In this document: in pieces, positions 46,902-56,944 of the stretch | Position numbering within the stretch: position 1 is the first letter of the stretch | Layout: the number at the start of each line of letters is the position of its first letter | NCBI GenBank assembly: GCA_037127815.1 | Contig: JBAXXP010000002.1 | Location: 142,943 to 206,942, forward strand | Origin: a bacterium | GTDB lineage: Bacteria; Patescibacteriota; Minisyncoccia; Phycocordibacterales; CAIZLB01 | Direction of reading: 5' to 3' | DNA length: 64,000 bases | The notes under the pieces: model-generated | Seen by the model: the letters and a program-made list of their open reading frames with translations, nothing else | Database searches by the model: none | What the model was told of the DNA's origin: nothing | Program-made: the position numbers and the translations under genes

Positions 46902-49415
46902 TTGTTTTGTGTGATAGCTCTAAGTGAAGAATCTAATCAGTTACCACTTAGGGTTATCACACGGCATGTAACTGATTATATGAACAATATAAACATCCTC
47001 GCCAAAACTTTTGGCGAACAAAAACGTTGGGTAAATTACAAATTAATTGAAAAAGACGGTAAATTAATAAAGCCTCCATTCAAAACAGACGGGAGTCTCG
47101 CATCATCGACCGACAGCGGTACATGGTCTAACTACGAAGATGCTATAAAATCATCTCCTAATGTTGGCATAATCTTTACTCCAGATAAATTACTTCTTGG
47201 TATTGATATTGATCACTGTCTTGAAGACGGGGTGATTTCTCACGTAGAAAAAGAAAAGATTGAGAAACTAGTCATCAAGGCAAATACTTATACAGAAATA
47301 TCCCCCTCCAATACAGGACTGCATTTATTTCTTTCTTTGACTGAACCTCTAGAAATTCTAAAAAATAAAAGTGCCCCTTTTGAAGTTTATATATCTGGGC
47401 GTTATTTTACTGTAACAAACAACCCATACATAGAAGCTCGTCCTGTTCGTACAGTAACACCAGATGAAGCTTTTAAACTACTATCAATTATTGGTTATCC
47501 TTGGAATAAAAAAGAAGACTTTCAACAAAATATTGTAACGCTTAATACTTTATCACTCAGTGATGAAGAGATTATAACTAAAATATTCTCTTCAAAAAAT
47601 GGAGCCAAAATTAAATCACTTTACAATGGCGACATATCAACATACGGTGACGATGATTCTTCAGCAGACCTAGCATTATGTTCTTACCTAGCTTTTTGGA
47701 CACAAAAAGATCACAGTCAGATTGAACGTGTATGGCTCAATTCCCCTCTTGGTAAAAGAGAAAAAACTCAATCTCGTAAAGACTATAGAGATAGAACTAT
47801 CGAGACTGCGATAAATGGTTGTTCAGAAGTATATTCAAAATCAAGACAACAGAAAGAAGATAAGTCTGACGTTAACAATATTCAGACGGAAGTAGCAAAA
47901 GATAACACATTACTTAATGAGATTTGTAACCGAAGTGATGTAACACTATTTTGTGATGAGCAAAAAGATACTTATATTGCCTTAGACATTTTGGGGCATC
48001 AAGAGATTTGGCCTTGTGATGGTAGTTCAATAAAAAATTTACTAGCTTATATGTCTTGGAATAAAAACAAAAAACCTCTAGGTTCAGAGAGTACTAAAAG
48101 CATAATAGCCGTAATGGAAGGTAAGGCACGTTTTGAAGGAAAAGAGATTAAATTACACAATCGTGTAGCTTGGCACGATGGCAGTCTTTGGTATGATCTT
48201 ACAAATAAACAGTGGCAGGCAATAAAAATATGTGAAAGCGGTTGGGAAATTATAGGCAAACCACCAATCATCTTTAATCGATACAGCCACCAGCAGTCTC
48301 AAATTACTCCGAATCAAAACGGAAATATAGACTTATTTTTAAGGTATATAAACATAACTAATCCAGAACACCGTTTGTTATTCTTAGTTTTTTTAGTTAG
48401 TTGTTTTATCCCAGATTTTCCTCATGTAATGCTCGTGATATTTGGAGCCCAAGGATCGTCTAAATCAACTTTTTCAAAATTGACGAGAATGACAATAGAC
48501 CCATCAATGATTGATGTTGTTGCGTTACCAGAAAAATAAAATGAACTTGTACAGATACTTGCGCATCATCACGCCGTATTTTTTGACAATGTATCTCACG
48601 TCAGTGAAGATACATCAGATACAATTTGTCGAGCAATTACTGGTAGTGGTTTTTCAAAAAGAAAGCTCTACAAAAATGATGAGGATATCATATACAAATT
48701 TAACAGATGTTTAGGAATTAACGGAATAAACCTTGTTACTATTCGACCAGATTTACTTGAAAGAAGCCTACTAATAGAATTGGAAAGAATTGACCCGACA
48801 AAGAGAAAGCATGAAAAAGAACTCTACGAGAATTTTGCACAAGATTTACCATCTATTTTGGGAGGAATATTCGATATATTAGTAAGAACTTTAGAAATCA
48901 AGTCTACAATCAAAATTAACTCTCTACCTCGTATGGCAGACTGGACTATTTGGGGATGTGCAATTTCAGAAGCATTAGGATATACAAAAGAAGATTTTTT
49001 GAAGGCGTATGAAAATAATATCAACAGGCAGGCTGAAATGCTGTTAAATGAAAATATCATAGCTACTACGTTATTTTCATTCATGGAAGATAAATCAAAT
49101 TGGAGAGGAACTGCTAGCGAACTTCTGGATAGTCTATATTCAAAGACTCCTACGGATTATTTCGCTAAGTATGAGAAGTTTTGGCCAAAAAGTGCTGGCT
49201 CTTTATCTCGTAAATTAAATGAACTAAGCACGTATCTAAAGCAAATGGGAATAGTTGTAAACATTAGTACTACTGGCAAGGAAAGGTACATTGATATAAA
49301 AAATATTTCTAAAGCTAAGGAATCTATAGAGAAAAATAAGCAGATTCCTATTGGCGTTAGAGATGACGATACTTACGATATTTTATCAATACCAAAAAGA
49401 GACATTTTTGCTTAG
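46902..49415 (+). pseudogene. Prim-pol (bifunctional primase/polymerase N-terminal domain) fused to a D5/P4-type primase-helicase NTPase, interrupted by a single in-frame TAA at 48537..48539
   Basis: The N-terminal KRWVNYKLIEKDGKLIKPPF matches the prim-pol motif. Walker A GAQGSSKST lies before the stop. Reading on in the same frame (frame 0) gives NELVQILAHHHAVFFDNVSHVSED... (Walker B hhhhD) and joins the ORF 48780..49415 without a frameshift. Confidence 0.65.
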
Positions 49416-49431
49416 ACCCTTAACACCAACC

Positions 49432-49593
49432 AAGATGTTAAGCAAAGAAATTATTAGTGAGTTTCAGGAGGTTCTAAAAGAAGAGTACGGCAGGAACGTA
49501 ACCTTTCAAGAAGCATCCTCAATACTTTGTGGTTTGGTGGCCTATTTTGACACGCTTGCAAAAATAAACCATCTTATGCAACAAGACCCCTGA
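49432..49593 (+). CDS. Small hypothetical protein immediately upstream of the recombinase
   Basis: MLSKEIISEFQEVLKEEYGRNVTFQEASSILCGLVAYFDTLAKINHLMQQDP. Its position suggests a possible accessory or directionality factor, but it is unverified. Confidence 0.3.
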   Translation, partial: KMLSKEIISEFQEVLKEEYGRNVTFQEASSILCGLVAYFDTLAKINHLMQQDP

Positions 49594-49635
49594 GTGATAT
49601 ACTGGGTAAAATACTTATAAATTAATCTAACAACC

Positions 49636-51189
49636 ATGGAAACTAAAGCTGTATCATACTGTAGGGTGTCATCTAAAGAACAAGAGGAGTCTGGCTATTC
49701 CCTACCATCACAGGAGAAGTTACTTGCTGAGTATGCAAACAGGAAGGGATTAGATGTGACTAAAGTATTTGCTGTAGCTGAATCTGCAAGTGGAGCAAAA
49801 CAAAGAAAGATATTTAGTGAAATGATGGAGTATATGGAAAATAAGGGCATATCTATATTGTTATGTGAAAAAGTTGATCGTCTATCGAGAAATTTAAAAG
49901 AAGCTGTGGTTGCAAATGATTGGATTGAGGCTAATCAGAAAAGACAAATTCACTTTGTAAAACAAAATCTTGTTATACACAAAGCTTCTAAATCTGATGA
50001 AAAATTTCGTTGGGATATTGAGATTGTTTTGGCGAAGAAATTTATTTCAAATTTATCAGAAGAGGTTAAAAAGGGACAGAAGGAAAAAATATCTCAAGGT
50101 TGGTTACCAACAAAACCCCCTCTAGGATATATAACGACTGGAGACAAAGGTCACAAAATACATCTAGTTGATACAGAAAAATCTTCTTATATCAAAAAGA
50201 TGTTTGAGCTTTATTCTACAGGCAACTATTCCATACCCGCCCTTGTTGAGGTCATGTACACAGATGGTTTCAGAAACAGAGAGGGTAAAAAGGTTGGAAA
50301 GTCTAGATTACACGACCTGTTATCAGACCCTTTCTACTGTGGAGAAATGAAATGGAATGGCCAAATATATTCCGCAAAACATAAACCTATTATCACAAAA
50401 GAACTATTTGATTTAGTTCAAGAAAAGATGAATCGTAAGTTTAAAATTCCTAGATATCAAAAACATTTACCAATATTTAAAGCTAAAATCGAATGTGAGG
50501 AATGTAATGGAACTATTACATGGGAAACCCAGAAGGGTCATTGGTATGGTCATTGTAACCACCATAAAAAATGTGGTCAAAAAAATTGGTGGAAACAAGA
50601 AAAGGTTGAGGAAAGGATATTCCCATACTTTGAAGGAGTAGCACCCAAAACCGCTAAGGTATTACAAATTATTGAAAGAGCAATTATAGAGAGTCACAGT
50701 GATGATACAAAAGATAATTCTAATTCACTAATTGAAGTTAATAGACGTATAGAGACATCACAACGTAGACTAGAGGCAATTTATGAAGACAAGATTGATG
50801 GAAAAATTTCTATTGATTTTTACAACAAGAAATTTACTGAATACACAAAAGAAAATGAGGAGGCTACAAAATTATTAGTCAAAGCCAGTAAGGGAAATAT
50901 AAAATATTATGAATCGTGTTTCAAAATTCACGAGCTTGCTTCAAATGCTTCACTTATCTACAAGAGCCCTAAAGCCACAACGGAGGACAAAAGACTACTT
51001 CTTAGTAAGATATTTTCGAACCTGTCATTAGGAGATGATAATATAACGCCAGAATACACATTAGCCTTTAAATTTCTTACAGAATGGCTACCTGTGCTAA
51101 ATGATAGTTTCGAACCACAAAACTATGGCTCTAACAAAGGAAAAGAGAGCACTTTCGTGCCCTCTCATCCTGTCTTGCTCCGCGGGTAG
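49636..51189 (+). CDS. Large serine recombinase (resolvase/invertase-type N-terminal catalytic domain, recombinase domain, zinc ribbon, coiled coil)
   Basis: Catalytic-serine context AVSYCRVSSKEQ, a resolvase fold, DUF/recombinase domain, a zinc ribbon CEECNG...CNHHKKCGQ, and a C-terminal coiled coil. The stop codon lies inside the tRNA-Asn 3' end. Confidence 0.9.
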   Translation: METKAVSYCRVSSKEQEESGYSLPSQEKLLAEYANRKGLDVTKVFAVAESASGAKQRKIFSEMMEYMENKGISILLCEKVDRLSRNLKEAVVANDWIEANQKRQIHFVKQNLVIHKASKSDEKFRWDIEIVLAKKFISNLSEEVKKGQKEKISQGWLPTKPPLGYITTGDKGHKIHLVDTEKSSYIKKMFELYSTGNYSIPALVEVMYTDGFRNREGKKVGKSRLHDLLSDPFYCGEMKWNGQIYSAKHKPIITKELFDLVQEKMNRKFKIPRYQKHLPIFKAKIECEECNGTITWETQKGHWYGHCNHHKKCGQKNWWKQEKVEERIFPYFEGVAPKTAKVLQIIERAIIESHSDDTKDNSNSLIEVNRRIETSQRRLEAIYEDKIDGKISIDFYNKKFTEYTKENEEATKLLVKASKGNIKYYESCFKIHELASNASLIYKSPKATTEDKRLLLSKIFSNLSLGDDNITPEYTLAFKFLTEWLPVLNDSFEPQNYGSNKGKESTFVPSHPVLLRG

Positions 51190-51249
51190 GATTCGAACCT
51201 ACGACCAATTCGTTAACAGCGAACTGCTCTACCACTGAGCTACCGCGGA
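51178..51249 (-). tRNA. tRNA-Asn (anticodon GTT)
   Basis: Reverse complement TCCGCGGTAGCTCAGTGGTAGAGCAGTTCGCTGTTAACGAATTGGTCGTAGGTTCGAATCCTACCCGCGGAG. Anticodon loop CTGTTAA. Confidence 0.85.
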
Positions 51250-51368
51250 TTGTTTACATCATTCCCTGTGTAGGGCTTGATACAAAGATAATAGCAAAAT
51301 GTACATCTTTTGTAAACTCTATAATAGGTTAGGTTTTAAAGGGCTACACCCCACCCATATTTCCCCAT

Positions 51369-51974
51369 CTACCTTGTCACCATTATGTCCCCAGAGGCTG
51401 TAGTTTCAGCTACATCAGACTTAACTGTCACTCTTCCTGTTATGTCTTGAAGTATCAGATATCCTGTATCATAGCTGTCTGGAGTCTCCCAGAAGGCGCC
51501 TGTTTTCTTTGGATCAAAGGGTAATGAGGAAATATAGGTCGGGGAAATACAATCCGCTATATCAAACACTCCAGCCCCAACTCCACTCTTCATAGGCTCA
51601 AATGTTGTTGGTATATTTTTTGCCTCCCCATTACAACTGAATACCCCACCATTATCTGCAATGTTTTGACTCACTGCATTTAGAACTGATGCAACATTTG
51701 CGGTACGTTGAGAATCTCTTGCTGTCTTAAATTGCTTGGCAGGATTCACTGCGACCAAAACAACAGTTGCAAGAATTGCCAGAATTCCAATTACCACTAA
51801 AACCTCTATCAAAGTAAAACCAGCAGTAGCACCAACTGTACTGGATACATTAGTATTTTTCTTCACAAACTTATACTTCTTCAAAAAATTTGAAATAGCG
51901 GTCTTTTGTGCCACGCTTTGATTACGCGTCACAGGAACAGCTCTTCCAATTACATTTATTTTATTCATGTTCAA
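51369..51974 (-). CDS. Type IV pilin-like protein with an unusually long leader
   Basis: Prepilin cleavage/methylation motif AGFTLIEVLVVIGILAILATVVLVAV, preceded by about 50 residues. Confidence 0.7.
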   Translation of the reverse strand: MNMNKINVIGRAVPVTRNQSVAQKTAISNFLKKYKFVKKNTNVSSTVGATAGFTLIEVLVVIGILAILATVVLVAVNPAKQFKTARDSQRTANVASVLNAVSQNIADNGGVFSCNGEAKNIPTTFEPMKSGVGAGVFDIADCISPTYISSLPFDPKKTGAFWETPDSYDTGYLILQDITGRVTVKSDVAETTASGDIMVTR

Positions 51975-52001
51975 ATCGTATCAAAGCAACATAAAGAATC
52001 T

Positions 52002-52667
52002 CTAAATATTTTCTAAAGAATCGATAAAGTTATTTATGAGATGTAGTTTACTAATATATGACCTATATTCATCCAATCTCCACTCTACATATATCCTTGA
52101 ACGATTACCCTCATCTACAAATTGATCTTTTCCTACCCCACCAACACTTAAAACACCGAGGGTGCTGTAACCTTCTATTATAGATCTATAGCTGCAACCG
52201 GAGCCTACATCACAAGCTTTCAATTCTATCACTTTGCAATTGTAGTTTTCAGAGCCACTTCTACCATTTATTGAATACCTAGAGATATTTGCATCTACCT
52301 GACCAATGACTCCCATACCATTACCATTTGCCCCGACGTTGTGTATCCAATAATTATTGTCTATAGGTGAATTTATTTCCAATCTCTGTAGATAGTCAAT
52401 TAAATCAGTGTTTAATGATGGATACTTTGCTAAGATATTTGAAATCTGTCCAACACACAAAAAAGAGCTCTGCAAAGCCCTTTCTGACTTTATTATTTCT
52501 CTCACATTATCAGCAATTTTCTTCTGATTTTCAGAGTATTTTATCATCATCAAAAGTAATGACATTGATACTATTATGACAAAAATAAGCAATGCAAAAC
52601 CATTCTCATACACTCGCAAAATCACACGATTCCCAGATTTCTTTCTTTCATTAAATTTTAGCACCAA
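52002..52667 (-). CDS. Hypothetical membrane-anchored protein, possibly a degenerate pseudopilin
   Basis: N-terminal ENGFALLIFVIIVSMSLLLMMI resembles a degenerate prepilin segment. It lies in the pilin cluster. Confidence 0.35.
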   Translation of the reverse strand: MVLKFNERKKSGNRVILRVYENGFALLIFVIIVSMSLLLMMIKYSENQKKIADNVREIIKSERALQSSFLCVGQISNILAKYPSLNTDLIDYLQRLEINSPIDNNYWIHNVGANGNGMGVIGQVDANISRYSINGRSGSENYNCKVIELKACDVGSGCSYRSIIEGYSTLGVLSVGGVGKDQFVDEGNRSRIYVEWRLDEYRSYISKLHLINNFIDSLENI

Positions 52668-52794
52668 GAAACTATATCAAATAGACATAAAGTCACGATA
52701 AAGAAAAGGTAAAGAATTACCCTACTTTTAATTTTACGCGGAATATTCCAGCGACTGTCTATATATTACAATATCTCAAACCTCTTCTTGTACC

Positions 52795-53418
52795 CTAGAT
52801 TCCAACCACTTTCTTTCTTTCTATTTTTAACCACCACAGGAATGCAACTATACCTATTACAGAAAGGATAAGTCCAACCTCAGAGAAATATTTTCCAAAT
52901 AGATGCCATTTTCTACCAACCAAAACTCCAAGCATTAAATAAGCGACAGACCAAACTGTTGCACCGACAATATTCCATAGGTTAAATGTCTTGAAGTCCA
53001 TACCAGTTGTCCCTGCTACTATTGGAACAGCGGGACGTATTGGGCCAATAAATCTGGCCATAACAAGGCTTTTTGCCCCATATTTATCAAAAAAAGAATG
53101 CCCCACCTTCAGATTTTTTGTACTTAAATATCTATGATGATCCTTGAAGAATCTTCTGCCGTATTTACCCAGGGAATAACTAATCATATCACCAAGTGTC
53201 GCACCTATTATTGAGGCAATTACACATGGGAAAAAATGCATATAGCCCTGAGAAATTACTGAGCCAAAATAAAGCATCACAATAACTCCTGGAAATACGG
53301 CTCCAACAGGACTTGATTCTAGACCTGAAATTATAAAAACTATCAAATAAACAAGAACGCCCATTGATGCAAAATAAGGCATTGAGTCTATTATTGGTTT
53401 GATTAGAAAATCTAACAT
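52795..53418 (-). CDS. DedA / SNARE-associated (TVP38) family membrane protein
   Basis: Conserved DedA core: ...RFIGPIRPAVPIVAGTTGMDFKTFNLWNIVGATVWSVAYLMLG. Confidence 0.8.
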   Translation of the reverse strand: MLDFLIKPIIDSMPYFASMGVLVYLIVFIISGLESSPVGAVFPGVIVMLYFGSVISQGYMHFFPCVIASIIGATLGDMISYSLGKYGRRFFKDHHRYLSTKNLKVGHSFFDKYGAKSLVMARFIGPIRPAVPIVAGTTGMDFKTFNLWNIVGATVWSVAYLMLGVLVGRKWHLFGKYFSEVGLILSVIGIVAFLWWLKIERKKVVGI

Positions 53419-53510
53419 AGATTGATTATATCAGAAAAAATGACTTTTACTTAGGGAAAATTAAAGCAGTACGGCTAAATTCACGATGCACAACAAATAA
53501 CTGAATTTGA

Positions 53511-54161
53511 CTAGTTAGTCCTTATAAACTGTCCGTTACCGTATTGATAATATGAGTTTGAGTTGGAATAATAATTTTGATTTTGATACCCATATCCACT
53601 ATTGTTGCCATTATTACCATAGCCATTGTTTACATAAGCAGGATAACCAGTACTTGCTTGATAGTAAAGAGAGATTGCCGCTGTGCCCGCTGCGGTTGCT
53701 GTAGTTTGACCTATACCACCATATACACCAACGTTGCCACTATTTGAATTACCGTACGTAGTATTATAAACAGGAGTCTGTTTTCCAAAAGTATCCATTG
53801 TAGTGCTTATGCCATTGTTCGATGTGTTATTTGGCACATAAACTATCTGAGGATAATATTGAAATTGATATGGCTGACCTATACCATTATTATTAGTTTG
53901 ATTTGGTACGTAGGTTATTTGAGGATAACTTTGATATTGATACGGCTGATTGTAGTTTGATGCAGAAGAATAGTACGAATAGTTATTGCTACCCCCACAA
54001 CCACTGTAATCGCCATACCCCCCGTAATTATAATCATAAGAACCGCCACATGCCTCTACCTTATTAAAAGGCACAGCAACAAACATAATAGCAAAAATAG
54101 CCATAGAAATTACAAATGGGAAAGTGGCATTTTTAATGTATTTGTTTGTAGCGATATTCAT
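53511..54161 (-). CDS. Secreted Tyr/Asn/Gln/Gly-rich low-complexity repeat protein
   Basis: Signal/TM segment. Tandem repeats of about 24 aa (YQYQSYPQITYVPNQTNNNGIGQP / YQFQYYPQIVYVPNNTSNNGIST), mirrored as a DNA tandem repeat of about 72 bp at 53830..53960. Confidence 0.5.
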   Translation of the reverse strand: MNIATNKYIKNATFPFVISMAIFAIMFVAVPFNKVEACGGSYDYNYGGYGDYSGCGGSNNYSYYSSASNYNQPYQYQSYPQITYVPNQTNNNGIGQPYQFQYYPQIVYVPNNTSNNGISTTMDTFGKQTPVYNTTYGNSNSGNVGVYGGIGQTTATAAGTAAISLYYQASTGYPAYVNNGYGNNGNNSGYGYQNQNYYSNSNSYYQYGNGQFIRTN

Positions 54162-54214
54162 AGGCTTATTTATATCTGGATATTAGCACATATATGCCAT
54201 TTGTAAAGAGGTTG

Positions 54215-55708
54215 CTAATTAATCTTGAAAGTACTAAATATCTTATCGAAAATTGAAAAGTATGGACTACTATCTTCCTTTGCTATTGCATACAATCCAA
54301 AAATGCTCCTATCTCCATTTTTATCGCTTACACAAATATCCGCATGATATGTGCTATCACCCCCAGAAGTTACCGCGTATTTAATATATGAACCAACACC
54401 AAATTGACCTAGATCAATAAACTCGGAACTTTTAACTTTGACACTTGTTGAATTACTTAATCCAAAAGTATATTCTGCACAAGTTCCCATTATCGACAAT
54501 GTACTAAATACTATTGTTCTACCCTCTGGCTCTGTAAATGTTATCATCGTACCCTTATCAAAGTTCTCCTTTCTTTGCCAAGTATCTGGAGCACGGAATG
54601 AAAAATTTAGACCTTTATATGCATAATTATACGGATACCAAATTGATGTACTTTCAGATTGTTCTTTAAATAACCTCGCCTCTGCAATTTTGCGCATAGA
54701 ATATATAAAAGGGACCGCTGGACTGGTGGCAACAGATGAGTCGCCACCTTCTATAGATGTGCTAGTTGCAACATCATATCTAATCACCTTATTGACCGAT
54801 GGCTTACCAATCTTATCGCCACTCACATAAAAACCTCCAATCAATGTTGCAACGTTATCACTAATTTCTACTGATGAGATTGATGGCGAATATACACCAT
54901 AATTAAATGGGACGATAGTGTATCGAGGTAAAGGTACAGAAATTATAGAGCTTGAAGAACTAACCGCTGGAGCGGGAGCAACGACAGCAATTGGAGCTTC
55001 TGAAAGCAGAGTATAAAAATTATTTGTTATAGTTTTGTTTGCTGTACCATTTTCAGTTGCAGATATAGAAATTACAGCATCATTTATGCCGTCTTTATTT
55101 AAATCGCCGATAGCCCAAATTTTATCTAGCTTATAATATGGGAAACAAAGTCTTTCTGTTGGCGTGTTGTAGCAAACATCCCCCATCGCCTCTCCATTTG
55201 ATAAGGTAATATTTACACCATTCTTATCATTATTGGTTTTAATTAGATACTGAGAGCCACTTGCTGCCATGATAATATTTGAGACATCAGATGAATTTGG
55301 ATCAACACCTTCTCCAAACGTGATCTTGCCAATAGCACCAACACCACTGTTTATTCCACCGCCTGCAACAGTCTTTGCAGTGTTGACTGAATTTTTAATA
55401 TTTTTAAGCACAGTAATTGGCGAATCTATAAGACTTTTGATTGCAACTTCCTCAACTGTCGGAGCTTCTGAACCTGCGGGATTTTGATCTGTAATTGGGC
55501 CTCTAAGTACAGCATCTTCTTGTTGTTGCTTCTTAGTTACTATAGATTGAAATAGCTTTCCTTGCTCATTTATACCAATATAGTATGCAGCTACCGCAAG
55601 TAGTGTAAGACCTATTATAAAATAGAAAACAAAAGTAACAGAACCTTTATTTTTTAAGATTCTGTCATTGTCCATGTTCGAGTGTTTTTTTTCGATATTC
55701 AAAAACAT
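54215..55708 (-). CDS. Hypothetical membrane-anchored extracellular protein
   Basis: N-terminal transmembrane helix VTFVFYFIIGLTLLAVAAYYIGI and a large extracytoplasmic domain; no family recognised. Confidence 0.5.
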   Translation of the reverse strand: MFLNIEKKHSNMDNDRILKNKGSVTFVFYFIIGLTLLAVAAYYIGINEQGKLFQSIVTKKQQQEDAVLRGPITDQNPAGSEAPTVEEVAIKSLIDSPITVLKNIKNSVNTAKTVAGGGINSGVGAIGKITFGEGVDPNSSDVSNIIMAASGSQYLIKTNNDKNGVNITLSNGEAMGDVCYNTPTERLCFPYYKLDKIWAIGDLNKDGINDAVISISATENGTANKTITNNFYTLLSEAPIAVVAPAPAVSSSSSIISVPLPRYTIVPFNYGVYSPSISSVEISDNVATLIGGFYVSGDKIGKPSVNKVIRYDVATSTSIEGGDSSVATSPAVPFIYSMRKIAEARLFKEQSESTSIWYPYNYAYKGLNFSFRAPDTWQRKENFDKGTMITFTEPEGRTIVFSTLSIMGTCAEYTFGLSNSTSVKVKSSEFIDLGQFGVGSYIKYAVTSGGDSTYHADICVSDKNGDRSIFGLYAIAKEDSSPYFSIFDKIFSTFKIN

Positions 55709-55772
55709 AGTAATATTATATCACTATAAGTAAAAAAGTTTAAGAATTATAATGCAAGAAATCCGAAAATGA

Positions 55773-56219
55773 TTACATAGTTAAAACCTCCTTCACCTTC
55801 TCCACAATTTGATCTAAGGTGTAGTTTGTTTTAACTAGAAAAACGGTAGTTCCCTGCTCCATTGCATGAGCGACACTCTCTGGCTTATCAATTGATGTAA
55901 GCATCATAACTTTTGCATGTTCTCCCCAAGGATCAGTTCTTAGTTTTTCTAATGTCTCCCAACCACTCATATTTGGCATTTTTACGTCAAGCAAAATTAC
56001 GTCTGGCTTTATTTCAAATGCTTTCTTTAGACCAATTACTCCGTCTCCAGCTGATTCAGCGATAAAACCTGAGAAGTTTAGTTTATCTACTAAAACGGAA
56101 GAAAGGTTCTCGTCATCATCAATTACTAATACTTTTTTCTTAATAGTTACTGCCGGCTCAGCAGCTGTGTTTACGTCTAGATTTGCATCAGTTTGATTTG
56201 TTGTGTTTTGTTGTTCCAT
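55773..56219 (-). CDS. Single-domain response regulator (CheY-like receiver)
   Basis: KKVLVIDDDENL ... ILLDVKMPNMSGWE ... MMLTS receiver motifs (Asp pocket, phospho-Asp, Thr/Ser, Lys). Confidence 0.85.
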   Translation of the reverse strand: MEQQNTTNQTDANLDVNTAAEPAVTIKKKVLVIDDDENLSSVLVDKLNFSGFIAESAGDGVIGLKKAFEIKPDVILLDVKMPNMSGWETLEKLRTDPWGEHAKVMMLTSIDKPESVAHAMEQGTTVFLVKTNYTLDQIVEKVKEVLTM

Positions 56220-56272
56220 GATGGTTATATTATAGCCTTAATTTGGGGTTTTGGCCAAGGTAAGTAGTTAAA

Positions 56273-56929
56273 TCAGTTTCCCATGCAATAATCACCTAAT
56301 TCAGAAGGCCCTTCTCCCCAATCTATTATTTCCTTATTCCAGTAGGAACTCGTAAATGGAAAAGAAGGTTGACCATACAATTGACTATCAATATCTTGAA
56401 GATAAATTTGTATATAATAATTATTAAATGTTTTAATACCACCGCAAGAGTAGTAGCGTGAAAAATACTCCGATAACTCAACAGGATCGGTGACATAAGC
56501 TATATACATATAACCCAACTTAGGAAGAGAGATTAGTGATTTAGTCAAATCACCCATATATAGCTTTTTTGTTTTAAGTAAAGCGCTTACATTATCAGTA
56601 ACTTCAGTTAAGGTAGATGCGGGTACACCAAGTTGGTACTGATCTTGAAGCCAAGAGCCTAGAGGAAATTTCGGATATGATCCAAAACTTGTCCTATATA
56701 ACTCCAAGGCCTTGGCAAATTCCTCCATATCACTTCTCACCTTTGATATCTGAGCCTTTTGTCTCGCTGTATTTACTGAAGCCAAAACAACAGATGAAAG
56801 CAAAGCAATAATTGAAATAACCACCAGAAGTTCAATTAGAGTGAAGCCAGCTTTCTTGAACCTAGATCTAGAGCCCCCCCCTATCAGTTTTGAGATTCCT
56901 TCCTCTTTGTATTTTTTAAAAATTCGCAT
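56273..56929 (-). CDS. Type IV pilin / pseudopilin-like protein
   Basis: KAGFTLIELLVVISIIALLSSVVLASV prepilin motif after a 27-aa leader. Confidence 0.7.
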   Translation of the reverse strand: MRIFKKYKEEGISKLIGGGSRSRFKKAGFTLIELLVVISIIALLSSVVLASVNTARQKAQISKVRSDMEEFAKALELYRTSFGSYPKFPLGSWLQDQYQLGVPASTLTEVTDNVSALLKTKKLYMGDLTKSLISLPKLGYMYIAYVTDPVELSEYFSRYYSCGGIKTFNNYYIQIYLQDIDSQLYGQPSFPFTSSYWNKEIIDWGEGPSELGDYCMGN

Positions 56930-56944
56930 ATTTTTGTTAATATA

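Larger units (their letters stand above)
42282..51195 (+). mobile_element. Integrated element (about 8.9 kb) at the tRNA-Asn 3' end: cargo of secreted proteins, primase-helicase and large serine recombinase. It is the youngest of an apparent tandem array
   Basis: Bounded by core copy B (42267..42281) and core copy C (51180..51195, contiguous with the intact tRNA-Asn). The recombinase is adjacent to the tRNA; the older junctions A and B lie to the left. Confidence 0.55.

Noticed and set aside
48537-48539. In-frame TAA explained by an alternative genetic code
   Set aside because: TAA, TAG and TGA all terminate well-supported genes elsewhere in the window, for example miaA, the sigma factor and the 8252..8677 ORF. 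The standard code applies.
48511-48714. 67-aa ORF in the primase gap
   Set aside because: It is out of frame with both primase halves, whereas the in-frame reading gives a conserved Walker B continuation.
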